In this document: positions 8,580-17,378 of the stretch, piece after piece
Position numbering within the stretch: position 1 is the first letter of the stretch
How the letters are laid out: each line of letters begins with the position of its first letter
Source of the DNA: Candidatus Ozemobacteraceae bacterium
GTDB lineage: Bacteria; Muiribacteriota; Ozemobacteria; Ozemobacterales; Ozemobacteraceae
Reading direction: 5' to 3'
DNA: 64,000 nt
Assembly (NCBI GenBank): GCA_965140445.1
Contig: OZ223236.1
Coordinates: forward strand, 768,001-832,000
Made by a program: the position numbers and the translations under genes
Notes under the pieces: generated by a model
Databases searched by the model: none
What the model saw: only the letters and a program-made list of their open reading frames with translations
What the model was told of the DNA's origin: nothing

Positions 8580-10916
8580 TCAAAATACGGTTATCAAGTT
8601 GGCTTCAGGGGGCTCTTTTTTTGACTTTTGCAGTTTAACTTGAGCTTGAAATTCACTACCAGTTTTTGGAACTTTTTTCAGTTTTCCGTCCAGATGGATT
8701 TTTATCTTTTTTCCGTTGTTTAAACTATTTTCAATGATTATGCTGGTGTTGTTGTCGAGGATCTCAACTATTTTTCCCTTAACAATTATAGGCTTGGGAG
8801 ATTTTATTGCAGCTGCCTTTTTTCGCGCCAAAGCTGTTCTGTATTTTTTTATTGGCTTTGATGGTGGGGCAAGAAATAAAAACCATATTAGAGCTGTTAA
8901 AATAGCCCCAATAGAGTAAGCAACAATGCCAAATTTTATAAGCTCGGGATCTAATTTTAAGCCTTTTTCTTGTGTTTCTCGAATCTTTTGTATTTTTTCA
9001 AGCTTGTATGAAGCTCGTTCCAACTTTTTCTTTTCTTCTTCATCAACTTTTTGTTGTGCAACTTTATAAAGCTCATGGGATGAATTGAATTCAGTTTTTT
9101 CGCTTTCAACTACTGCAATTCCAATTTCTTTAGTTAAAGTCTCCCAATCATCGACTTTTGATGTATTACAGCTTTTCCATTCAGCGTAGATCTGAAAAAA
9201 TAACCTTGAGTCAGCATTTGAAACCAAAAGCGAGGAAATCTGTTCAATATTTTCAGGAACTACTTCTGTTTTAAAAGCTTTTACCAGAGTTTGTCTGATA
9301 GACAAAAAGTCAAATTGTCCAAGGCAGAAAATGGCTTTTTTTCGTTGGTCAGGTTTGACCGATTCGAGCATTTTTTCAACAAGTGATAGTGCTTGTTTCT
9401 TGTCGAATAACGAAAAAACCTTCAGAGCTGTTAATCGCACTTCATCGTTGTTATTTTTCAATAACTGCGGAAGATATGGAATTAAGCTATCTGGCTCTAT
9501 TCTGGTTAATGATTCAATTGCTCCGGCTAAAATGTCAGCATTTTCACTTTTTAGACAATTTTGCAAAAAGATTATGCAGTCATGATCTCCATGCCTTTGA
9601 ATCAGCTTGATAATGGCTATTTTTTCTTCAGTTTCAACCTTATAGAAAACTTCCTGAAGCTTTTTCTCAAATCTTTTGAAATCTTCAAGGCTTAGAGAAT
9701 TGAGATAATTTATACGCTCTTCAGTAGACAGATCAGAGTAACTTTTTTTCTTTTCGCTTTGAGCTTGTGGAGAAAAGGAACTCAGATATTCCGAAATTTT
9801 GTTTTTTAGCTGGGGATTTTTTTCTTTTTCAAGATAAGCTTTGAGTATGTTTTGGGCTTCAACGATGCCATGTCTAACCAGGTCACATAATTTAATTGCA
9901 GATTTAAATCTTGTTTCAAGATCTCCGGATTTTAAACCAAGACTAAATCTTTCAATAACAAGTCGAGCTTGTTTTTGCTTGAAATGGTTTTCCAGGATTT
10001 CAAGCATTTGTTGAGGAGTTGCTTTTACTATTCCCGCCATGCATAGTGAGTCTAATACTCCCATAAGAATGCTGTTTATCTGATTAAATTTTTCTCCAGT
10101 ACTGGCCTGCCTTGCCTCCAGCAATCTTGATGGACTATGCTTTGTTGGGTTTGCCCGGAAAATTAACCCAGCTTTATAAATTAACTCAGGGTCATTTTCC
10201 ATTCCTATAAATCTCAATAGCGAGAGCTCTATGTCCTGGAACGGGAAGAAAAATGAATGAAAAAGGGCCGCCTGCTTTTCGTTTGGAGAATCTGAAAATA
10301 ACATATGCTCGAAATGTCTGAGAGCCTCATTGGGGTCCCATCTATGGAGAAGTCTGACGGCTCGTGATCTGATTCCGAAATTTGGGTTAACAAGAAGTGG
10401 AACAATCAGATCTTTTAATCTTTCAGGACTTATTTTTTCTAGTGCTTCAACAGCAGAGCTTAAAACTCTTGGGTCATGATGCCTGCAAAGTTGCTCAATA
10501 TCTGATGCATCCTCAAAGGAACCAGATTTTTTTAGAAATTTTAAAACTGAAGGCAAGAGTTGTTGGGAAAAAGATGGCCAATTCGCATTTCTTAAAGCCA
10601 TAGCAACCAATGTGGCATCGGATTTTTTTACCGACTCAAGCATTAGAGCAAGGGCTATTTCATCTCTATCCGGCTTTGCCAGGAGTTGTTCAATTTCACT
10701 GGCAGTAGCCTTGTAACGGCCAGTTTTTTGAAGTCTTGCCAGGATTTTCTGCATGTGAAAACGAATTCCAGGGTCGGTTTCTTGAAAAATAAGCTTCTTG
10801 AATTCGTTTATCTGCTCATCGTTCCAGGCAAGGTCTTCTATTCGAGAAAGCACTGAAAACCGGATTGACGGGTCCGGTGATCTCAGGTCTGAAAAGAAAT
10901 CCTTAACTGGGTCCAT
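8580..10916 (-). CDS. HEAT-repeat protein with C-terminal membrane anchor
   Basis: Repeated HEAT-like motifs (DPSIRF, DPRVLSSAVEAL, NDEVRLTALK); TM segment FGIVAYSIGAILTALIWFLFL. Confidence 0.8.
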   Translation of the reverse strand: MDPVKDFFSDLRSPDPSIRFSVLSRIEDLAWNDEQINEFKKLIFQETDPGIRFHMQKILARLQKTGRYKATASEIEQLLAKPDRDEIALALMLESVKKSDATLVAMALRNANWPSFSQQLLPSVLKFLKKSGSFEDASDIEQLCRHHDPRVLSSAVEALEKISPERLKDLIVPLLVNPNFGIRSRAVRLLHRWDPNEALRHFEHMLFSDSPNEKQAALFHSFFFPFQDIELSLLRFIGMENDPELIYKAGLIFRANPTKHSPSRLLEARQASTGEKFNQINSILMGVLDSLCMAGIVKATPQQMLEILENHFKQKQARLVIERFSLGLKSGDLETRFKSAIKLCDLVRHGIVEAQNILKAYLEKEKNPQLKNKISEYLSSFSPQAQSEKKKSYSDLSTEERINYLNSLSLEDFKRFEKKLQEVFYKVETEEKIAIIKLIQRHGDHDCIIFLQNCLKSENADILAGAIESLTRIEPDSLIPYLPQLLKNNNDEVRLTALKVFSLFDKKQALSLVEKMLESVKPDQRKKAIFCLGQFDFLSIRQTLVKAFKTEVVPENIEQISSLLVSNADSRLFFQIYAEWKSCNTSKVDDWETLTKEIGIAVVESEKTEFNSSHELYKVAQQKVDEEEKKKLERASYKLEKIQKIRETQEKGLKLDPELIKFGIVAYSIGAILTALIWFLFLAPPSKPIKKYRTALARKKAAAIKSPKPIIVKGKIVEILDNNTSIIIENSLNNGKKIKIHLDGKLKKVPKTGSEFQAQVKLQKSKKEPPEANLITVF

Positions 10917-10922
10917 TTCTTT

Positions 10923-12026
10923 CTATTTTACCTTTTCATACTCGCTGTTCAAGAGAGTGTAGGATGGTTTCATTTCAAGTGCCAATCTAAACATTTGCGC
11001 TGCTGAAGACTTCTCTTGTGTGGACAGTAACAACAAACCAAGGTTTCTCAGGACGTATCGTTGCAAAGGATGTTTTCTGTTTGAGTAGAATGTTTGCTTG
11101 AACGCTTCTCTGGAGAGTCGCTTTTGTCCTTTTTCCCAGAACACTATTCCTTTTAAATTGCCGGCGGCTATGCTTAAGCTTTTATGGAATCCCGATTCTC
11201 CATCTTTTAACTCCGTCTGAAGTCTATCTATAAAATCTAATGCCTGCTGAAAATTCTTTCCCTGAAAAGCTTTTGTTGCAAGAACATACATTGCTGAAAG
11301 CTGGTCTGCCTTTTTTTTATTCAGATTCAGACCAGATTTGATTAGCTTTTCTTCCATAGTGGGATCTGTAGATAAAAGCTTTTCAAGCTTTTCATACATT
11401 TCAAGATCTGTTTGTGCCTGAAATTCAGAAATTACCGAATTTTCATAATAAACCGGACCATGACTAAAGTTATCTGGCTTTAGCCCGTTATCATACTTTG
11501 TCCACATATTTTCAGACAGGGGGTAAAAGCTTTCTTCAGGTGTAATCGCAAAAGCAATCTCTGAATATGACTTAATTTGTCCAGGCCATTTTAAAATTGA
11601 CGCGGTCATAGCGTTAGAATCTTCTGGGAAATCTGTTTTTACTTTCTGAATGAGCGCTTTTTTGGGAGTAGCCATGTGAGCTTCTACAATTATTGAGCCT
11701 TGTCTTAGGCTGCTTCCGGGGACAACCTTGAAGCTAACAGTGTGTTTTTGTCCTGGCTTTAAGTTTTCTATCTGGATTGAATCACGATCTGATTTCCAGT
11801 TCTCTGGAAGCATAATTGTAATTTTTGCAAATCCTATTTCTCCTATTAGTGACATAAGATTGGCTTTTAGTTCTACTACTTTTCCAAGGATTGGGGGACT
11901 ACTTAAAGAGGCGTCAAATTCATACCAGGGCGGGATTTGATTGGTGGCCCCAAAACTTGTCTGGCTGTTAGAAATAACTAGAAAAAATATCATTAGGAAA
12001 ATGCTCAAGGTTTTCTTGCCCAACAT
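10923..12026 (-). CDS. Exported protein with Ig-like N-domain and C-terminal TPRs
   Basis: GGAGA precedes ATG 12026 (MLGKKTL..., signal peptide); LPENW...LKPGQ Ig-like segment; TPR-like helices. Confidence 0.7.
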   Translation of the reverse strand: MLGKKTLSIFLMIFFLVISNSQTSFGATNQIPPWYEFDASLSSPPILGKVVELKANLMSLIGEIGFAKITIMLPENWKSDRDSIQIENLKPGQKHTVSFKVVPGSSLRQGSIIVEAHMATPKKALIQKVKTDFPEDSNAMTASILKWPGQIKSYSEIAFAITPEESFYPLSENMWTKYDNGLKPDNFSHGPVYYENSVISEFQAQTDLEMYEKLEKLLSTDPTMEEKLIKSGLNLNKKKADQLSAMYVLATKAFQGKNFQQALDFIDRLQTELKDGESGFHKSLSIAAGNLKGIVFWEKGQKRLSREAFKQTFYSNRKHPLQRYVLRNLGLLLLSTQEKSSAAQMFRLALEMKPSYTLLNSEYEKVK

Positions 12027-12051
12027 TTTAATCTCCCAAGGCCAGAGCCTG

Positions 12052-12627
12052 TTAATTGATTTTGTGGCCGGTATCGGCTGGTTTGTCGTCTTCTTCAATT
12101 TCCTCTTCAACTTCTTCGATGGAAACTTCCTCTAGTTCTGAAGCTGATGAATGTTCTACTGCTTCACCTAACTCTTCGTTGTCAGAATATATTAGCTGCA
12201 TAAATTTTGGATAAGTATCATCAACCAATTGAATGACAACCATCATTGCCAGGTCAAATTGTCTCCTGGTAATTACATTGTCTTCTAAGATGTGCTGGCA
12301 TGATGCAGATAGGTTTTTTCCATCTGGGGAAATTTCAAATCTAATATCGAGTATTTCTCCCATAACCTTTGTTATGAATAGCATTACATCTAATCTTCTT
12401 AATTCAACATTGCGGATGAAAGAAGGAATTCTTATTACCAGATGATTGTTATGAATATAGATTAAAACCTGCATTGTAAGGTTATGTGCCTGAATATACA
12501 TTTCCAGGCATTCGTCTGCTATTCGATTGAACTTGGCATCATCCTCTTCAAGAAATCCGATAATCGTTGAAATAGCCTTACTTACATCTGTTTTATATGT
12601 GTCGTTATTGCTTGTGGTATTTGTCAT
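12052..12627 (-). CDS. YbjN/CesT-fold-like protein with acidic tail
   Basis: Size and alternating beta/alpha pattern ending VIQLVDDTYPKF; fold assignment by resemblance only. Confidence 0.55.
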   Translation of the reverse strand: MTNTTSNNDTYKTDVSKAISTIIGFLEEDDAKFNRIADECLEMYIQAHNLTMQVLIYIHNNHLVIRIPSFIRNVELRRLDVMLFITKVMGEILDIRFEISPDGKNLSASCQHILEDNVITRRQFDLAMMVVIQLVDDTYPKFMQLIYSDNEELGEAVEHSSASELEEVSIEEVEEEIEEDDKPADTGHKIN

Positions 12628-14081
12628 TTACGAGCCTCAGAAAGAATTTTGTTTGCATCTTCGCTTGAGATGCCAAAAGCTTTGCTTGCAAAAACGAGAA
12701 TTTTCTTTTCTTCTTCTTCTACCTTACCGTCTCTGAATACGGCTTTTGCAAGATTTGAAAAAAGTCGTTTGGGGTTAAAAGCTCCTCCCTGGCTCCTATC
12801 CATCATTGGATTATTTTGAACCAGATTTGAAACGGATTTGAAAATAGAGTTGTAAGTTTCGTCATTAATTTTTAAAACTTGTCTAAGTTGATTTATGAAG
12901 CGGGCTTCTCCCTCTTCTATTTGACCATCTCTAAGCATCTCCACAAGTGTTTGGGCAAAAAACTCTTTTGGAGTTAACGGGGAAGCTGCCTGAGGAATTT
13001 CTTGTCCACTTAACTTTGCCTTTACTGTTGGAAAATCTTCACAAATAGATTGAATTTTTCCGTTCCAAACAGGTTTGACCTGTTCCGGGATTAACGGCAA
13101 AATTGTTTTGATTTTTTTGGAGACCCAATTTGAAATGAATTCTGCTGCGAAAGTTTGTTTGGTTTTTGCCAGTAATATTTCATACCCTTGAAGCGCACTG
13201 AAAAATGCTCCGTTAAGTCGAAGATTTTCAGTTCTTCTAAGGAGTAACATCGTTTTTGAATCTGCCATTGCAGAATTTTCTGAACGAAGTTTTTCGGCCA
13301 ACTCTTTCCCGGATATTCTAAGTGCATGAGCTGAATTGGCCAGGACGTCCTGCACTATCGGAAGATCAGAATAAACAGACAGAAGTCTCAAGTTTATAGA
13401 AGACAGGATTGGATCATTTGCATTTCCCGATTCAACAAGGGTTTTGCTGAATTGAATCAAAGCATTTAAATAGAAAGGATCTTTGTCTAGAGCATTTTTA
13501 AAAGCCAGAAGCCCCTTATCCCGCTGTCCGGATTTCTGATACAGAATTCCCATATTACATAATGCTTCAGCTTGATGTGGATTAAGCTCCAGTGAACGTT
13601 GATATGAATGTTCAGCCTCAATCATGTTTCCTTTGAGTCTAAAACATAAACCAAGCAGATTATGCAATCTGGAAATGCTTCTATTGGCATGAATGGCTTG
13701 TTTGTATGCTTCTATTGCCTGATCAATCTCTCCCATGGACTGAAAAGATATGCCCTTTAGAAAATTTCCTGTTAAATCTATTGGCTCGTTTTTTATTAGA
13801 AATCCCTCATAAAAATTTGCAGGACTGATATCATCAGTTGCTATGGCAAAATGGGGTTGATCATTCAATTTATTGAGGTCTGTAAAAGGTATCTGCACTG
13901 AATCAAGGGCTGTCCCCGTTTGAAATGAAACTACCTTCGTCGATGCAACATTTTCATTTACTTCTGAAACAAGTAAACTTACTGAATCGCACATCCACTC
14001 TTGCCATGAAAGAATTCCTCCTTTCAATTTGAGGCTTATTACCGGCAAGTTATCTTTTTCAAAAAATCTGGCTTCTGACAT
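12624..14081 (-). CDS. TPR protein with C-terminal TerB-like domain(s)
   Basis: Three clear TPRs; RDGQIEEGE and RDGKVEEEE TerB-type motifs. Confidence 0.7.
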   Translation of the reverse strand: MSEARFFEKDNLPVISLKLKGGILSWQEWMCDSVSLLVSEVNENVASTKVVSFQTGTALDSVQIPFTDLNKLNDQPHFAIATDDISPANFYEGFLIKNEPIDLTGNFLKGISFQSMGEIDQAIEAYKQAIHANRSISRLHNLLGLCFRLKGNMIEAEHSYQRSLELNPHQAEALCNMGILYQKSGQRDKGLLAFKNALDKDPFYLNALIQFSKTLVESGNANDPILSSINLRLLSVYSDLPIVQDVLANSAHALRISGKELAEKLRSENSAMADSKTMLLLRRTENLRLNGAFFSALQGYEILLAKTKQTFAAEFISNWVSKKIKTILPLIPEQVKPVWNGKIQSICEDFPTVKAKLSGQEIPQAASPLTPKEFFAQTLVEMLRDGQIEEGEARFINQLRQVLKINDETYNSIFKSVSNLVQNNPMMDRSQGGAFNPKRLFSNLAKAVFRDGKVEEEEKKILVFASKAFGISSEDANKILSEARK

Positions 14082-14096
14082 TTCTAGTTCTCCGAT

Positions 14097-14666
14097 TTAT
14101 AAAGATGGTGGAAAGGCGCTGCCCGTTATTCCAAGGTTTTTGTCATATCGAAAAAATTCAGTGATTCCCCAACTTCCAAATTTCTCCATTTTAATTTCTA
14201 ATTCTTCAGACAGGTTATGAGGATTACCAGAAAGATCTGTGTAGTTCATAACTAATTGTGTTCTAACTGTTGCTAAAGAGTCTCCGCTAGAGCTTGTTGC
14301 CTGGCTTCCAAAGGTCATTGTAACTGTTGCGACTTTACTGAAAAACGCAGAAACTTTCTGCTGAAACTCTGTATAGCCCTCAAGTGTGTAACCAGTTGGT
14401 GACAACGAATTCTGCCTATAAAATCTTAGGTTGGAATCAAATTTATTCATTACTTCGGCCTGATTTTTACTGGCAAACGATGACGAAAGCTGACTCAATG
14501 CCGTTTGTATCTCAATCTCGACGGGGGAAACGCCGGTTCCAGCTGTGCTGCTCCCACCGCCTCCGCCACAGCCAATTGTGAAGCCGATAGACAGGAGAAA
14601 TAGGAATAAGAGAGAAAACGGAATCAGTTTTATCTCTTTGATAATTTTATGTGCAAAGATTTTCAT
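14097..14666 (-). CDS. Lipoprotein, NTF2/SnoaL-like fold
   Basis: Lipobox-like TIGC followed by a Gly run; alpha+beta pattern ending WGITEF. Confidence 0.65.
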   Translation of the reverse strand: MKIFAHKIIKEIKLIPFSLLFLFLLSIGFTIGCGGGGGSSTAGTGVSPVEIEIQTALSQLSSSFASKNQAEVMNKFDSNLRFYRQNSLSPTGYTLEGYTEFQQKVSAFFSKVATVTMTFGSQATSSSGDSLATVRTQLVMNYTDLSGNPHNLSEELEIKMEKFGSWGITEFFRYDKNLGITGSAFPPSL

Positions 14667-14672
14667 TTATTC

Positions 14673-14701
14673 ATTCTATAGGTACTGTTTACCTCTGTCA
14701 A
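14673..14701 (-). promoter_or_regulatory. Sigma70-type promoter, probably leaderless transcript
   Basis: TTGACA-N17-TAGAAT, 6 nt before the ATG at 14666. Confidence 0.7.
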
Positions 14702-14711
14702 AGTCTATAAG

Positions 14712-14742
14712 AAAGGGACCGCCCTTTGAGGGCAGTCCCTTT
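14712..14742 (-). terminator. Intrinsic terminator downstream of fba
   Basis: Minus-strand hairpin aaagggactgccct-caa-agggcggtcccttt. Confidence 0.8.
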
Positions 14743-14768
14743 AAATGCTTGCTATGAAATCAATGATT

Positions 14769-15710
14769 TCAGGCTTTCCCTGAGCATCCCATGATTCTCA
14801 TTTTTCTTGCAACAACTTCTTTTATTGCAGTTCTTGCTGGTCCAAGATACTTTCTTGGATCAAATTCAGCAGGGTTTTCAGCGAAAACTTTTCTGATTTG
14901 GCCAGTCATTGCAAGTCTAAGATCGGTGTCTACATTGATTTTGCAAACGCCAGTTTTAGCTGCCTGACCGATCATGTCTTCTGGAACTCCTCGAGAACCA
15001 GGAAGTTTTCCACCATACTGATTACAGATATCAGTTAGATCTTGTGGTACAGAGCTGGCTCCATGTAGAACAAGCGGAAAACCAGGAAGTTTTCCCTGAA
15101 TTTCAGCAAGTCTATCAAAAGCTAGTTTTGGTTCGCCGGAGAATTTATAAGCGCCATGGCTTGTTCCAATTGCGATTGCCAGAGAATCACAACCGGTTTT
15201 TTCTACAAATATTTTTGCTTCATCTGGATCAGTGTAGGTAGCGTCTTTGGCATCAACCTTAACGTCGTCTTCAACGCCAGCCAATTTGCCAAGTTCGGCT
15301 TCTACTACAACACCTTTTGAGTGAGCATATTCAACAACTTCTTTAGTAATTCTGATGTTTTCTTCTAATGGATATTTTGATGCATCTATCATTACGGAGG
15401 TAAAACCACCATCAATACATTTTTTGCAGATTTCAAAATCGTCGCCATGGTCAAGATGTAAAGCTACAGGAATAGATACTCCAGAGGCTTCGGCCATTTC
15501 AAGTGAGGCTTGAATTAAATGTATCAGGTATTCGTGGCGAGCATATTTTCGTGCACCAGCAGAAACTTGAATGATTAAAGGAGATTTTTCTTGAATGGCA
15601 GCTTCGAAAATTCCCTGTATGATTTCCATGTTGTTAACGTTAAAGGCACCTATCGCATACCCGCCCTTGTACGCTTTTTCAAAAAGTTCTTTAGTTGATA
15701 CTAGTGGCAT
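14769..15710 (-). CDS. fba: Class II fructose-1,6-bisphosphate aldolase
   Basis: GAFNVNN, LHLDHG, SVMIDAS, EAELG, GTSHGAYK, LVLHGAS, KINVDTD, FDPRKYL. Confidence 0.97.
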   Translation of the reverse strand: MPLVSTKELFEKAYKGGYAIGAFNVNNMEIIQGIFEAAIQEKSPLIIQVSAGARKYARHEYLIHLIQASLEMAEASGVSIPVALHLDHGDDFEICKKCIDGGFTSVMIDASKYPLEENIRITKEVVEYAHSKGVVVEAELGKLAGVEDDVKVDAKDATYTDPDEAKIFVEKTGCDSLAIAIGTSHGAYKFSGEPKLAFDRLAEIQGKLPGFPLVLHGASSVPQDLTDICNQYGGKLPGSRGVPEDMIGQAAKTGVCKINVDTDLRLAMTGQIRKVFAENPAEFDPRKYLGPARTAIKEVVARKMRIMGCSGKA

Positions 15711-15780
15711 TTCAGCCCTCCTGATTTTAACTGATTAGCTCTGAGTCTCTCCTGGAAAAAGACTTCAACTATTGTTCGGT

Positions 15781-15809
15781 AGTCTAACAAAGCACGGGTG
15801 AAAAGTCAA
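15781..15809 (-). promoter_or_regulatory. Sigma70-type promoter for fba
   Basis: TTGACT-N17-TAGACT with extended -10 TG. Confidence 0.6.
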
Positions 15810-15875
15810 AAATCGTAGCTAAAATTATAGGGGTACCCTCTTAAATATGTTACAATTGTCAGAGGGAGTAACTAG

Positions 15876-17378
15876 ATGCGAAAAAGTCGGATAACAATTT
15901 TAGCGATTTTTTTCTTGAGCATTTTAGCTTTTGCTGCTCAGGCAATGGACCCTCAAGCCAGAGATTTTTTTCGCAAAGCCGAATACTTTTTTCAGAAAGG
16001 CGATATTTTGTCGGCTAGAGACTTTTGTAATAGGGCTAAAACTTTTGAGCCGAACATCAAAGAAATATTAGATTTGGATTTGCAAATTGAAAAGGCCGCT
16101 AAAGAAGAAGCAGAAAAGCTTAGAAGCAGGGCTGAATTCTTTTTTAACGCGAAAAATCTTCCTGAAGCTGAAAAACTTCTTCGAAAAGTTCTTCTTCTTG
16201 CCCCCGAAGATTCTCTAGCTAAAGCCAGGCATAATCAAATAACCAAGGCTTATGAACAGATAGAGGAATATAAAAATAAAGGGATTAAGGTTGATTCCAG
16301 TTCTGGGCGCACTCATGACGTTGACCTATATTCAGCGGTTTCAATATTAAACCGTGCCAGAGCTTTTTTTGAGAGGGGTGACAGGGAGAAAGCTTTGGAA
16401 TTTGTAAATCAGGTTTTGGAGCGAGAACCTGCATATAAGCCAGCTCTTGCGCTAAAAGCCGAAATTCTCAATGTTAATAAGATAGATGAATATGTCAATC
16501 GTGCGGAAAAGGCATTTCGAGTTGGTAAAATGCAGGACTGCTTGATTTCTCTTGATAGACTTATTTCTGAAATGCCTGATAGAGCTGAGTTCTTCTTGAT
16601 GAGAGCTAAAGCAAATATAAAGCTTAAGCGATCTAAAGAGGGAATCGCAGATTTATGGACTTATCGTGAGAAAAGTGAAAAGAATGTGGATGATGAAACC
16701 TTTCCTCTTTTTGCTGAAGCTAATTTTGAATTAAAAAAGTATTCCTATGCTTATGGGTTTTCTTTAAGTAGCGATTTATCGAAGACTTATATGCCTTTTC
16801 TATTTCGATATAAATGCTACATAGGGATGTTTGGGGCTAAAATATATTTAATTTATTTTTTAGTTTTGTTGATCGTTGTGACTTTGTTTGTAGATATTCG
16901 TATTTTTGGCTGGCTAATGAATAGGTTTCCTGCCGGAAGTTTTCCAATAGCCATAAAGTGTTTTTGGGGACTGTTACTAAATTCGCCAGCCAAAGTTTTG
17001 GATCAACTGATAATAGTTGCAAGGAGCTTAAATACTGCCTGGTTGAATTACCTTGCAGGAATTGCTTTGTTTAAGGCTGGACAGATTGAAGGAGCTCAAA
17101 GGTTTCTCGCATTTAGCTTTACTTCAAAGGAGCTTGCTGGCAGGGCATATTTTTTCTTTGGGTTAACAAAAAAGCTTCTTAAACAAGAGTTTAACGATAG
17201 TAATTTTGAGGAATCTATTCTTTTCAGTTGTGACAAAGGAAACAAAATTTGGCACCCTGGCTTTATGAAAAAAATTGAGGTCGCACTATTGGAAACCTAT
17301 GGTAAAGAAACAAGTCTTGAAAGTTTTGAGGGGCTTGCTTGTATTGGTGTAAAAGAGCAGATAGGAGTTAACAAATGA
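15876..17378 (+). CDS. TPR-repeat membrane protein
   Basis: Signal peptide, multiple TPRs, one central TM segment; overlaps the next gene (ATGA). Confidence 0.8.
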   Translation: MRKSRITILAIFFLSILAFAAQAMDPQARDFFRKAEYFFQKGDILSARDFCNRAKTFEPNIKEILDLDLQIEKAAKEEAEKLRSRAEFFFNAKNLPEAEKLLRKVLLLAPEDSLAKARHNQITKAYEQIEEYKNKGIKVDSSSGRTHDVDLYSAVSILNRARAFFERGDREKALEFVNQVLEREPAYKPALALKAEILNVNKIDEYVNRAEKAFRVGKMQDCLISLDRLISEMPDRAEFFLMRAKANIKLKRSKEGIADLWTYREKSEKNVDDETFPLFAEANFELKKYSYAYGFSLSSDLSKTYMPFLFRYKCYIGMFGAKIYLIYFLVLLIVVTLFVDIRIFGWLMNRFPAGSFPIAIKCFWGLLLNSPAKVLDQLIIVARSLNTAWLNYLAGIALFKAGQIEGAQRFLAFSFTSKELAGRAYFFFGLTKKLLKQEFNDSNFEESILFSCDKGNKIWHPGFMKKIEVALLETYGKETSLESFEGLACIGVKEQIGVNK

